DNA from: Felis catus
Lineage: Eukaryota
Reading direction: 5' to 3'
DNA length: 64,000 bases
NCBI RefSeq assembly: GCF_018350175.1
Contig: NC_058368.1
Span: 199,580,001-199,644,000, forward strand
The notes beneath the pieces are model-generated. The model searched no databases. It was not told the origin of the DNA and saw nothing but the letters and a program-made list of their open reading frames with translations. Shown here piece after piece: positions 1 through 12,976 of this stretch (positions within the stretch are counted from its first letter, which is position 1; the number at the start of each line of letters is the position of its first letter). Position numbers and translations under genes: made by a program.

Positions 1-505
1 GTCATTTGGGGCTTTTCATGCCAGTGGACCAGCAGGCTAAGATTATAGTTACACAATGGTAGGATAATTGACTCTAATTATCATGAGGAGGTAGGATCAC
101 GGAGAATGCTTTTGTCACTAAGTCAATCCATTTTAGCATCTTTTGATTTTATCATATTTGGTTTTAAGTGTAAATGCAACCATAGCACCCCCAGCCTGAT
201 AAGGAGATGGTCACTAGGACTTAGATTCTTAGGGATGAGGGCCCACCAAGCAAACTACCTAGCTCAGCACAGATACAGGCTATGAAGGAAGAAATCTGCA
301 ATGAGTGGCAGAAGAGGGAGATAAAGAGTATAAGTTACAACCTTGAAATCAACTGCAGCAGTCAGTTGATTGTAGTTTGATCTATTAAACTACATTTGCA
401 GTCTTCCCTGAACTTGTAAGTGCTCTAAATCTTGGAGAAGCTGTGCCTGGAAAGAGTAAACTTAATATGAGAATCAAGTGGCTCTGAGCAGTATAAGGGG
501 TAGAC
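1..505 (+). mobile_element. 3' end of ERVL-class internal region (ERV3-16A3/HERV16-int-like), decayed; continues left of window
   Basis: ERVL-like motif gccagtggaccagcaggctaag...attgactctaattatcatgaggag; ends in PPT-like aaggggtagac directly before the TG of an LTR16-type LTR. Confidence 0.65.
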
Positions 506-1014
506 TGTAGTAAATCTTGTTGGTATCCTTAACTTAAGATGTTGTTGGTGCACTTAACTACTAGCTGCTGGGAATTTTGGCTACCTAATGGCTCATAGCT
601 GCCTCCTTCTCTGGAGATTTGCCCTTGACCAAATGGGAACCCTCGTTCATGGGAGATGATTTTCCTCTCCAGAGAACTGACCCAGGGTACAGAAATATGG
701 CTTCCTTGCCTTAAGATTGGACCAAATCTATGGTGCAATTTTTGCTTAGCATTCCCTGTGGGATCAGGCTGAAGTTAGTCACCAACTGAAACTATACCTT
801 TTTTTTTCTTACTTCCTCCCCGCTTTCCCACAACTTTTGCAATGAGAGCCGTTACACTGATACAATGACTTATAAATCGCTGAAATGAAAGAAGAAATGA
901 GATCATTGCTCTACCTTGCATGACTTATTTTCCTTCTCCTGATATTTTCTCAATAAATTGTTGCACAAGAATCCTCATCACAGGATCTCTTTCCAGGGAA
1001 ACTGACCTAAGATA
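506..1014 (+). mobile_element. LTR16-family (ERVL) LTR
   Basis: Starts tgtag after the PPT; internal cctgtgggatcaggctgaag; 3' caataaa...gcacaagaatcc...ccagggaaactgacctaagata matches the recalled LTR16 terminus. Confidence 0.8.
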
Positions 1015-1104
1015 AAGTGTAAAGCAATTTCCAAGAATCTTGGTTGTTACCAATTCTGAACATAATCAGTTATAACCAAAGGATTTCTCAGTAGGGAAAG
1101 GTTT

Positions 1105-1140
1105 GAGCCAAGAGATATCCAAGAGCCAAGAGATATCCCA
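1105..1140. repeat. 18-bp tandem duplication
   Basis: gagccaagagatatccaa gagccaagagatatccca. Confidence 0.9.
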
Positions 1141-3651
1141 AAGATATGTATACACACATTCATAGATGCATATGTGTGGGTGCATAAATTACAGATATTT
1201 TATGTTTCATTGGGTAAGTAAGTCAAATTATTACTCCCCAAAATGGTTTGGGACTCTTTACCTTTTAGTAGCCAGGAAAAGTAAAGTTCAAGTTCTAAGT
1301 GGTGGGCATGCCTGTTTCAGCGACATGTGGGCACATGTATCTTCTTCTTGGAAAGGAATGTAGGCTGTATGCCTGCATGGGAGTGCCTGGGATGAATGCA
1401 TGACTCAATCGCATGTCTTGGAAAAGAACCAGTAGGCTCATAGCCTGCTGACTAGAGCACAGGTGAAGTAGTTTTGATTTACAAATGTACTTAGAGAAGA
1501 TTTTATATTAGGCAATAATTAAGACTTTCAAACTGTGCCTGGGTCTAATTCTTTGAACTTGGATGTAAGTGGACTTTTGCAGTTAGAGATATTACATTAA
1601 TATAATAATTCTTGAATAGCTGAAATGAAAAGGAGAGATAAGATCACCTGCCCTGTAGACAGAGATGCATGTATACTTTTAAAGTTGTGACGAGAGAAGA
1701 TACCCAGTGACTTGCAAAACTTAACATCTCAGCAGGAACAAACATGATAGATCAGAAGATCTGAATCTGAAAACTGTCCAAAATAAAAAACCACTTTATT
1801 TGCATGCTGCAAGCTTTACTGAAGCCACATGTGTGGTTATTGAAATATTCGATAAATGTCAAAGTGGTTCTGGCCCAACATTTTAGTACATTTGGTTTAG
1901 TTTCATTAACTATATAATTTTGAAGTTGGCCTTGTCAGCAGTCTTTCATACGCCAAGAGTACCAAAAGAAAACTTAGACAATTGATTTTATCTGATAATA
2001 AAAGTTGCTCAGGCCCTTTTCTATGAAGGCAGGGATGCTTCAAATCCTTTGGGGGATTTAGCCATCAATTTGCTTAGGGTGAGAATAAATGAAAATAATG
2101 TCAAAGAAGGGCTGATACGGAGCATAGAAAAGAGGGCTTCACAGAATAGGAGAAAGAAGCCAAGAGCTTGAAGTCTGAACATTTGCTCTAGGCAGGTGAA
2201 GTCTGCAGCGCAAATACGGAGTTGTGGGTTGCAGTCCTTACAGCTTCCACTCACTAAGGGCCTTATGGAATTTCTTCCAGGTATTTGAAATCTCTTCTTC
2301 AATAGCATTCCCTCCAAGTTCAGCTGTATGTAGTTGCTCTGTTATTCCTTCCTGCTTGACTGTTTCTCACAAACTTGACCAAGAAAATATCACTCAGGAA
2401 GATTGCTGAGTGGCAGGCTATCCGTTTAAATTGCAAGACAACTCAGCACAGACCCTGTCTTTAGAGTATCCAGGATGGGTTGGAAATTTGCAACCTGAAC
2501 AGGATCTGATCTAGGCACGTGATAAGATGACATCAAAAGACTTGGCGCTCAGGTCTATGGAGGCACCTAGGGTGGATACTTCTCCAAACTCAGAATACTC
2601 TTGAGAGCTAGCAAATCTGGACTGGAAATTACAATAAGATGACTTCCTATGAAATTTCCGGTACTTTATCTTTCCCATCAGGTCATAAATGTCATGAGAA
2701 CATAAGCTTTTCTTAGTATATATAAGTTTTTCCAGTGCCAGTTTAGGTCTTGGCCCAAAGCCAAAAACTCAGAATGGGAACATATTAAAAGAAAAAAACA
2801 CAATTGATCATTTTGGAAGACCCTAGAAAATTCTGTGTCGATTCTGATCTAGAAGATGCTGGAGCGGGGAAGGGGGACAGTTCTTATTTTTGTAAGCTAG
2901 TTCTCTCATCCAGGTCGTAGTTCTGATGGATATCTGGCTGAAGGTGACTACTGGAGTCCTCCGTCTGCTGAGAAGCAGCTGTTTCAAGTGAACAATGTTG
3001 GACAGTATTATTCTAATAGAAGAATCTCAACTGGTACATCAGATAAATTAGATTTGCAAATCTTTCATCATGTATACACAGACAGTCAAAAAATTTCCAG
3101 CTGAAGATTTAAGTTGTATTCTGGAATATGAGGAACTACTGGGCTTGGAGTATGGAACATACAGGAATAAAAAGACAGGGCAAGATTGTGAAGGTGTAAT
3201 GTTGTATTGCAAAGCATACAGATAGATGGGCTGTGAATGGGAAGGTTGTGGTGGTGAGGGGACCAAGCATGGAAAGAAGTCTCAGACTCCCAATTTCCAG
3301 TCTCTTGGATATTGGCATCCATTGACATCTTCCTTTATGGATTTTAACTTTTTTTAAAGTCTCCAAAAGAGGTAGAAAAGAGGTCTGTAGATATGCGGGT
3401 AGTAAGCATCCTTTAATTGATTAATTAACCCCTCATTTCCTCTACCAGAAACTCCAGGTAAGATAACTGTACACCAAGGGCAACTTTTTATTTAAAAAAT
3501 AAAAATGAGTTTTACTTTTCTCTATAGAATACTGTAAAATTCTAGGGCCTAACTGCTTATTGATTTCATCTTTCAGCATCCTTTTACTGAGTGCTTATTC
3601 TCAGACACTGCGGTAAGCTTGGGTGTGACAAATATGAATTTGCCAGCAGAA

Positions 3652-3828
3652 CAGAGTTGGCCTCATGTGTGTAGAGCCTTTGTAGTGGCACAAGTGGCCC
3701 CTGTTCTCAGAAGGCCCAATGCTTGACTTAATCTCAGGTGTCACTGTCTTGAAATTTCTGAATATTTTTGAACAAAGGGCTCTGTATTTTCATTTGCACT
3801 GGGTCTTCGAATTATGTAGCTTGTCCTG
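3652..3828 (+). mobile_element. MER45A-like hAT-Tip100 MITE
   Basis: cag...gtcttgaaatt...tttttgaacaaagggc...tttcatttgcactggg...attatgtagcttgtcctg; about 177 bp. Confidence 0.8.
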
Positions 3829-5224
3829 CTTCTGAGGCTTGTTTGAGGAAAAAAACTTTTAAATAAACAACTACATTACAGAAATATCTCATACAATGTG
3901 ATAACGTAAAGAGAAAAAAAAGCAACAAGCATATGCCAAGTGCTGTGTTGTGAATCCCAGAAGACAGTATATTTATATGTGCTTGTGGGAGGTCATAGGT
4001 TTTAATTTAGGATGTATTATTTTGGTGAGAATTTTAATACAGATTTATACCTTGTAACTGTTTCCATGTTGCCAAGACTATGCAAAGTTGTATGAATTTG
4101 TACAATTGGTCTAGCAAAGCCCATATAGCACAAAGAGACAGAGAGTATGATTTGTTAAATAACTGTACTTCTAACTTGCCACAGGCTATTCATACTTCCC
4201 ATTGCATATCATAGTGGCACAAGCCTTGAGTAGAGGGAGCAGAGAATGTGATAGAAAGGACTGTGTGTGTGTATGTGTGTTTGTGTGTGTGTGAATGAAT
4301 GTACATGCAAGCATTTCAGCTGAGGACAGGCAGGCAGACATTTGGTTATTAATTGTTTTGCTTTAAGTTGGTAATAAGCTCATTTTAGTAATCTCACATG
4401 ACTGGATTTTCAGAGGAAACTGCTAAGGCTAAGTGAAGGTAGAGATTTGATGCAGATAAAGATCTGTATCTAGAAACAGAAATTTAGGATAGACAAGGAT
4501 GAAGATAAAAAGAAACTAAAAATAATGATGTTACCATATGTTATATATATGCATATATTATACATATAATATAGTTGTATAGTAATTCCACGTTTTATAT
4601 TCTAATTTATTTCTTTGGCAAGTTAACAACAATTTCCCTTTGTCTTTTCATCAAGTGGGTTTTTTTCTTTTTTCTTTTTTTTAAGGAAGCAGTTTAAATG
4701 TCAGAGTTGAGAATTGGAATACCAAAAATTTCCATTCTCTTCTAAAATGTTTTTTGAAGCTGTAGGCATATAGATTGTCTTTAAAGATTTTTTTACTACA
4801 TGATGTGAGCAATTATTAAATGTTTTTTTATCATAGGAGTTTCTCTTTCACCCAACATTGTCTCTCCTTAAAAACTGAGCTTTCCTGCTCTTTATCCTCT
4901 CAAAAAAAAAATACAGCTACCCTCAAATGCCAAATGGAAGGATTTCCATGTCATTCAGAAAATAGTGACAGTGCTTTTTGTTTTCATTTAAGAGGATTGA
5001 GTTTTCACCTAAGCTATAGTCTGCACATCTAGAATCATGCATGGTGAAAGGAGGAAATACTGGATGTTGAGAGAGTAGCCAACTGAGAGGGAAAGGCAGA
5101 GGGGCCTTGATAATAATTTAATATGATATGACTCTTCAGTTTTAGTAACGCTTATGATAAAATGGGCATTTTAACAAGTTAAAGCAACATTTGTAGATGT
5201 AAGTTAAGAAGGGAGATGTTTTCT

Positions 5225-5328
5225 AATTTGAAAAGATAGGTGCACCTGTGTGTTCAGTGCAACATTATTTACAATAGCCAAGTTATAGAAGCAAGCCAAG
5301 TGTATATCTATGCATGAATGAAGAAGTT

Positions 5329-5376
<48 letters not shown>

Positions 5377-5766
5377 GAATATTACTCAGCTATTAAAAAG
5401 AATGAAATCTTGCCATTTGCAGCAACAGGGATGGACCTAGAGGGTATAATACTAAGTAAAATAAGTCAGTCAGAGAAAGACAAATACCAGATGATTTCAC
5501 TCAAATGTAGAATTTAAGAAACAAAACACACAAAGAAGAAAAGAGATAAACCAAGAAACAAACTCTTAAATAGAGAGAACAAACTGATGGTTACCAGAGG
5601 AGAGGTGATTGGGGAGATGGATGAAATAGGTGATGGGGATTAAGGAGTGCACTCATCATGATGAGCACTGAGTATTATATGGAATTGTTTAATCACTATA
5701 TTGTATACCTGAAGCTAATACAACACTGTATTTTAACTATTCTGGAATTAAAAAAAAATTTAAAAA
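5225..5766 (+). mobile_element. 5'-truncated carnivore L1 3' end
   Basis: ORF2 C-terminus [29 protein letters not shown], then 3'UTR and A tail. Confidence 0.92.
5330..5374. repeat. (CA)n microsatellite inside L1
   Basis: About 22 CA units. Confidence 0.97.
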
Positions 5767-6491
5767 GTAGCCGAAGAAAGGAGATGTCTGCAGAGATAAA
5801 AAGTTTTGAGGAAAGGAACATATTGACAAAAAATTTCCTAAAAATCCAACAAGATAAAGCCTACAGAATGTTGTTACCTAACATAGAATTGTGTCTGTGC
5901 AGGTGGATTCTTGAAAATAAAGTAACATGAATAATGTTTACAGTTGTGCATATTATAAAGATGATTGATTAAAGTGTGCATTTATTTTAATAGGCCAGGA
6001 GTATCTGTTTCAGTTTCATAGATAAGCGTGTGCAGGTTTGTGGTTTGTGGTTTTAGAACCAAGGTGCCCAGAGGGAGGAGAATATAGCTGGGTTGGTGGC
6101 TCTGACCTTTGTTATTATCACCATCATCATTATCATTAGGCAACAAGGACACTGAACATTTTGGGATGCTGAGCCCCACAAGTGTGATCCAAATATCAAC
6201 TGCCTGGATGCTTCCAGTTCTCCTAGACTATTGAGGTCACCCTGTCCAGCCTCATTGCCAACTGGGAAACCACAATCTTCAACTACATTTCTTATCTCTC
6301 AGATCTGTAAGGATTCCTGGGGTTTTTATCTCTCATTATTCATAGTCTCTGCTCTGAATCCTACCTTATGTTACTGCTTCTTTCTTCTTCATACTTGGCC
6401 TCATTCTGGACATTGCCCTGATTATTTCAGTTCCCCAAATGGCCAATAACATAAGACTGAGCATGTGGCAGACTTTTATTTTGAGGGTACG

Positions 6492-6845
6492 TGCTGTGGA
6501 CTGAATATTTGCCTTCTGCCCAAATTCACAATTTGAAACCCTAATCCCTAATATTATGGTATTTAGAGATGGGGCCCTTAGGAAGTAATGAGATCATGAG
6601 GGTAGAGACCTCATGATGGGTTAGTGTCCTTTTGAGAAGAGATAAAAGGGGATTTTCTTTCTTTTTGCATGCACACAACAAGAATAGGCCACATATGGAC
6701 ATAACTAGGAATGAGGCCTCACCAATACTGAATTATGCTAGCATCCTGATCTTAGACTTCCAGCTTCTAGAACCATGAGAAATAAATTTTTGTTATTTTA
6801 GTCACCCATTCAATGGTAATTTGTTATAGCATTCCAAACTAGACA
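6492..6845 (+). mobile_element. MaLR solo LTR (MLT1A-like)
   Basis: tgctgtggactgaat...ccaaattcac...gatcttagacttccagcttctagaaccatgagaaataaattt...ttgttatagca...agaca. Confidence 0.85.
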
Positions 6846-7410
6846 GTGATAGAGTGATTACATGGTATAATTATAGAGATGAAACAAGAAATAGAATATT
6901 AATCATCACCCTTCTAACATTCATTACCAATTTCCTACCTTCATATAATTTTTGCTGTCCATATAACCTCCTTAAGTTTTGGCTGCCTTCATCTTTTTGT
7001 CTCTGGTCTCCTTCTATCTTCTAGCCTCCTGCTCACTATTCTAAACTAGACATGTAATTGAGCCTGTTTTTAACAGGAAAGGCTTTCTACTGTGGATGAC
7101 TACCATTTCACAGCACAAAATTTTAAAGGAGCTCTGCTAACCTAAAAGACTTTCTACCATGGTGTCTAAAATTTAATAGTAAGGGGAAAAACTAGCAGAA
7201 GCTCTGTAATGTTTTTCTTTTAGCATGATCAAAACTTTAGACAAGATTCCTTCTTCCTGGTTAAAGCATAGTACATGGAATATTTTGTTCTCTTTCCTTT
7301 AGAAGCATAGATTAAACACAAATGATCCTTGTAGTCTTAATGATAATAAAGTGAAACAATTCATTGAAAAGTGATAAATAGGAAAATGTATTCATACAAA
7401 AAAACTTTTA

Positions 7411-7622
7411 GGGGCACCTGGGTCCCTCAGTCGATTAAGCGTCTGACTTCTGCTCAGGTCATCATCTCACAGTTTGTGAGTTCGAGCCTTGCATTGGGCT
7501 CTGTGCTGACACCTCAGAGCCTGGAGCCTGCTTCAGATTCTGTGTCTCCCTTTCCCCCTGCCCCTTCCCTGCTTGCACTCTGTCTCTCTCTCCCTCAAAA
7601 TAAATAAACATTAAAAAAAGTT
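7411..7622 (+). mobile_element. CanSINE (SINEC, tRNA-derived)
   Basis: ggggcacctggg head, CT-rich tract, aataaa, A tail; TSD aaaaaaacttt. Confidence 0.95.
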
Positions 7623-9088
7623 TAAAAAAACTTTAAGTAGCTTGGTGAGTCAGACTTTGTGCTCGAGACTTTCACATGCTCTATCTCTAATTTTACAACA
7701 ACCTGATTGTTAGATTTTAGTCATCTAATTTCACATATTGCTAAGCCAGTGAGTGGCATTCAGATAGAGATGCTGACCAGCAGGTCACTAACATTTCAAG
7801 TGTGTACTCAGTTTAACAAGTTAATAATCTATTCACTTTCATATACTCTGAAACGATCAGGATTTCAGTAACAGACTCACACTATCTTAATCCACAAAAG
7901 GGTAATATATAATCCATAAATCCAAATTTTTAATTTATAATGGCACACATTCATCCCCAATGACCATAACTTTTGTGTACTACATCCTTAAGGACTACTT
8001 CTTTCCTCCAGAATCAATGTATTTGAGGGTCAAACTATTAATCAGAAATATATTATTGGAAAATAGAAGGTTTGCTTAGAGATATTTTACCTAAATTCAG
8101 AAAACCGTGATTAGCTATGACTACCCCAATGTCCCTTCCAAGGAGACATTTTTAATGCAGACCACCCTCTTTTCCTTGACACATATTTTCTTAAGATCAG
8201 TTAATACTACCGGTTAACACATAATCTAGCCATTAATTCATGGAACTGAGAAAGAGTCCATTCCTCAGACTGCCGGATTGCCCCAAATCATAGTTTGTAT
8301 ACACTACAGAGGAAACGGAAGGCCGAGATTAAATGACTCATTTGGTGTCGCAAGAATAGCAGGTGCTCATTATTTTTGCTTCTGTACCACAGAGGAAGAG
8401 CCACTGTTTAAACTAAGAAAGGCTAACAGCCTCAAGAGCTATTCTAGGGAAAAAGTGAAATCAATATGAGTGAGTAGGTCCTTGATTTATAAGAGGAATA
8501 AAATTATTAATGTGTAATCAGGACACAACATATTGCTAAATATGTATTTACAGCCTGTTCCCTCCTCTCACTCTCATTGGAAGGAAAGATTTTTGCCCTC
8601 TGCATCAGATTCTGGACTTTCATTTGGGGTAGAGAACCTTAGTAATGGGCAAAGAAGAGAAAAAGTTTAAAAAGAAATCCAAGAGGCTGAGTTCATTTAC
8701 ATAAGAGCTGGGAGTGAGGGTAGTGAAACGGAGAGCAAAAAACTTTATGGGCTTTTTGTCAGGGAGGACATATTTTGCTGCAAAATGGCAAGTGAGAAGC
8801 AAAGAATAAAAGATTCTAGAGCAGCTTCCATAAGGAAGGATTGGGGAACAGAAACTAGGAGTTTAAAAATTATATAGCTTTGTGTTATGAATTAGATTCT
8901 CTTTATTAATCTTTTCATAAGGCAAGAAAAGAGTAGAATTATTTTTAATTACACTTGGCTAACTTTACAGGATTGTGTTTCTTTGAGTGAGACACCTTGG
9001 CAAGGCTAGGTCACTTGAAGCCCTGGGATTTATTTGGATTACAGTTGGAGGAAAGACACATTGTTCCTGAAAATTCATTTATTTGAAG

Positions 9089-10078
9089 TAGGGTTGGCTC
9101 TGGCTTCATGGGCATTCAGCCAGTGCAGTGGCACAGGACTACATGTTTGCCAACTGTAGTCTGAACTTCTTGATAAATCTATCTCAGAATTTGTGCTAGA
9201 GACTTGTTTTGTAAGTGAGGCGCAGTGGGACAATGGAGCATGGGTGTAGAGGTTGGCTAGTTGGAGTCAGTCCATGTCTGGGAGTGGGACATAGTGGCGG
9301 CTGTCCTAATACCAGTGATCTGGGGTATTAAATGGCACAGCAGATACAGTTTCCTGCAATCCTTGGTACAGAGGGTTAAAGATCCTTGGGGTCACTCGTT
9401 TGCCCAGAGTTGGGCCAGTGGGAAGGGGAAATGCCTGACTGACTTTCTCTAAGGTGGCTGGTGGGAGGGGTAACCCCTGCTTGGGACCTGAGGCAGCACA
9501 TGTGCATGCTCATCATTCCAAGGCTGGATCCTTAGGGCCTGGGGGTAAGGGGAGGGGATGTCTTTTCTCTCCCCACAAGTAATCTTATGGCCTAGAGTAC
9601 TCCTTTGCCTGTCTTTTCCTTTGTGGGCATGCTCTTCCTACTTCTTGACTCCTGTGTCTGACTTGTGTTTGTCTCTTCTGGTCAGTTCAGGGGGCCTATG
9701 GGGATGAGCCACAGAATACGAACAGGGTAATTTTGGTGATTCCCCACATCAATTAAATACTCTAGTATTTCCATTTAGAACTGGCACTGCATAGGATAGT
9801 AACATTCAAGCTAGTAATTTAAAATTTTAATTTTTCTTTACTTAGGATGACATTAAGCAGCAAAAAACCCCAAAAAACCCCAATATGATAAGTAGGGAGA
9901 AATCAGTGGGAAAAGGACAAAGCTTTATATTTTAGTTCCTTTAATGGCATCCCCCTCCTCCCACCCCCACTCCCTCCCTACTTTTTGAGCAAAGGGCTCT
10001 ATTGTTTGTTGTTGTTTTGTTTTGTTTTGTTTTGTTTTTACTTTGCATTGGGACTCACAAATTATGTAGCCAGCTTCT
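9089..10078 (+). mobile_element. MER45B/C-like hAT-Tip100 element (~1 kb)
   Basis: 5' ggcttcatgggc...gtgcagtggcacagg and 3' tttttgagcaaagggc...tttgcattgggactcacaaattatgtagccag; same termini as the element at 3652-3828. Confidence 0.75.
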
Positions 10079-10476
10079 AGGAGGGAAATTTGTAAGACAT
10101 CATTGCTAGAAGAAGGGAGACAGCTGGCGGAAATAGATTCAGGTTTGAGATGGAAATGCAGTCAAGATGCTTTACTGCTGGAAATGGTGGAATTACTTTC
10201 AGTGGATAAAGTGCTGCAGAACACAGGATCCTACTAGAATTCTGTGGTATGGCAGGTTATATCTCAAGACATGACTTCTACAGTGTATTTATGAAATTTT
10301 TCATTTTCTGGGAAATAGGTCATTCCATTAACTACAGCATGGGGTGTTGCTTGAATATAGAAGCCATTTGAATATACTTGCACTTACTGAATTTTCCTGA
10401 GACCTTTAATTCTTTATCTAGAATCATAGATACCATATAATTAGGATGGTGTTTGTGAAGTTGTCTAGTCTACTAT

Positions 10477-10810
10477 ATTTCCTAGTCCCTCTTGCATCTA
10501 AATAGGATCATGTGATTAGTTCTGGCCAATAGAAAACAAGTAAATGAAAATAAGGGTGTCATTTCCTTGGGTGTACTTTCCTTGCTTCTTCTTTCTCTTT
10601 TGTGGGTCAGGTGCAGAGATATCCAAGGCTTAGGGAATGGTAGAGCCACAAGATGGAGGAAACCTCAGTTCCCCAATTGACACATGGAAGAAAGCTACCT
10701 GGAATATGTTTATTGAACTTGGTCATGTAATGAACCAGTAAATAAACTTCTCTTGTGTCAAGCCTCTAAATTTGGGAGAATTTGTTGTTATATAACATCT
10801 AGTTTACTCT
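10477..10810 (+). mobile_element. Old MaLR LTR (MLT1I/J-like), partial
   Basis: catgtgattagttctggccaatag, agagccacaagatggagg, aataaacttctcttgtgtcaagcc motifs. Confidence 0.7.
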
Positions 10811-10865
10811 AGCAGCTTTCATCAAACTCCATAACAGATTGTATGTAACCTTTAAAAAAATGAAT

Positions 10866-10995
10866 CTATTCTCTAATTTTACAGATGAGGAAATCAAAGT
10901 CTTGGTACTGAAGTTACTTTCTCATATAAGTGTAAATAGAAGAATCAGAGACAGATACTAGAGCTCCTGTCTTCCAGTCCAGCTCACGTTCTACT
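10866..10995 (-). mobile_element. MIR fragment
   Basis: MIR core attttacagatgaggaaa. Confidence 0.6.
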
Positions 10996-11236
10996 TTTTG
11001 GTGATAAATTCTAAACTTAGTAAATATTTGTCTATGGCATGCTTTTGGAAGCATTATTAGGTAGAGAACTGTGATAGCATTTCTTACTTAAAAATCAGCA
11101 CTAGTCAATATATATTTTTTCATGTTGTTATATTGAATATTATTCAATTTTGTTAAACATAAAATCGATCTTTTTCTTTTAAATGTAATTTTAAAGTTTC
11201 ATAAAATTTCAATCTTTTGCTGTGCATATTTAATTT

Positions 11237-12292
11237 AATTTTTTTATTTTTAAAATATGTTTATTTATTTAATTAGAGAGAGAGAGAGAGAGCACAAGCA
11301 GGGGAGGGGCTGAAAGAGAGAGAGAGACAGAGAATCCCAAGCAGGCTCTGCTTTGTCAGCGCACAGCCCAATGTGGAGCTTGAACTCACAAACTGTGAGA
11401 TCGTGACCTGAGCTGAAATCAAGAGTCGGATGCTTCATTGAGCTACCCCCTCACACCTGTCAAAATGGCTAAAATTAAAAACTCAGGCAACAACAGATGT
11501 TGGCGAGGATGTGGAGAAAGAGGAACCCTTTTGCACTGCTGGTGGGAATGCAAACTGATGCACCCACTCTGGAAAACAGTATGAAGGTTCCTCAAAAAAC
11601 TAAAAATAGAACTACCTTACGACCCAGCAATTGCACTACTAGGTATTTATCCAAAGAATACACATGTGCTGTTTCAAAGGGGCACATGCACCTCAATGTT
11701 TATAGCAACACTATCAACAACAGCCAAAGTATGGAAAGAGCCCAGATGTCCACCAACTGATGAATGGATAAGAAGATGTGACATTCATATATATATATGC
11801 ATGTGCATGCATATATACACATGCATATATATACATATATGTATTGGAATATTACATGGAAATCAAGAAAGAATGAAGTCTTGTCATTTGTAACAACATG
11901 GATGGAACTAGAGTGTATTATGCTAAGTGAAATTAGTAAATCAGAGAAAGATAAATATATGACTTCACTCATATGTGGCATTTAAGATACAAAACAGATG
12001 AACATAAGGGAAGGGAAGTGAAAATAATATAAAAACAGGGAGGGGGACAAACCATAAAGAGACTCTTACATACAGACAACAAACTGAGGTTGCTGGAGGG
12101 GTTTTGGGTGGGTTAAATGGGCAAGGGGAATTAAGGAGGACACTTATTGGGATGAGCACTGGATGTTGTGCGTAGGGGATGAATCACTGGATTCTACTCC
12201 TGAAATCATTATTGCACTATATGCTAACTAAGTTGGGTGTAAATTTAAAAAAAAAGTCAGATGCTCAACCAACTGAGCAACCCAGGCACCCC
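11237..12292 (-). mobile_element. CanSINE split by an L1 insertion (pieces 11237-11437 and 12255-12292)
   Basis: SINE body stops at aagagtcggatgcttca and resumes agtcagatgctcaaccaactgagcaacccaggcacccc; decayed outer TSD tgtgcatatttaattt/tatacatgtttaattt. Confidence 0.93.
11438..12254 (+). mobile_element. 5'-truncated L1 inserted in the SINE
   Basis: ORF2 C-terminus RGTCTSMFIATLSTTAKVWKEP..SEKDKYMTSLICGI, 3'UTR, A tail. Confidence 0.95.
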
Positions 12293-12898
12293 TATACATG
12301 TTTAATTTTAGATGAAAATTAAGACAGAGCGTGATTCACTTATGAGCAATGTTCTTGACGGCAAACTTTATTAGAATGTTCATTAAAATCTCCCAAATAA
12401 AAAAGAAATGCCAATTATGAATGTTATAGTTTAAAATTGAATGGCAGTTTTGGAGAATGCCAGAGACTTCTATGAACTCTACCACCAAAGACCCTGCTCC
12501 ATCAAACAAAGGAATCAGATCAAGAAAGAAAAAAGCACAAGAGAAAGAATGTGGAAGTTGTCCCTCTGTGTGAAAATTGAATGGGAAGGGTGAAAATAGT
12601 CTGGTGCTTCTAGGTTTTGGGTAAAAATATTGGTCAAAGAATACTTTTATAGAAAGAAAATGCAATAATAGATTCTAGTATAACTATTGAAAAAATATTT
12701 TGGGTGGAAAATAGTGATATGCAGTGTATGTTGAGAGTGATTCTCCTCTGGGAGGATTAGGAGGATTTCATCTTCTGTGTTAAGTACTTCTGTAATTATA
12801 GAATTTTGAGATTTAATAATTGCTTCTGTAAACAACAAACTTTAATTTAGGACAGAGATGTGAATCAGATTATACACTGTGTCCACTCTGCAAGATTT

Positions 12899-12976
12899 GA
12901 GCAAAGTGTTCTAAAAATCTTATATCTCATAGTTAAGAGCAAAGTGTTCTAAAAATCTGTTGTATCTTATAGTTAA
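12899..12976. repeat. 38/40-bp tandem duplication
   Basis: gagcaaagtgttctaaaaatct...tatct(c/t)atagttaa twice. Confidence 0.92.
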
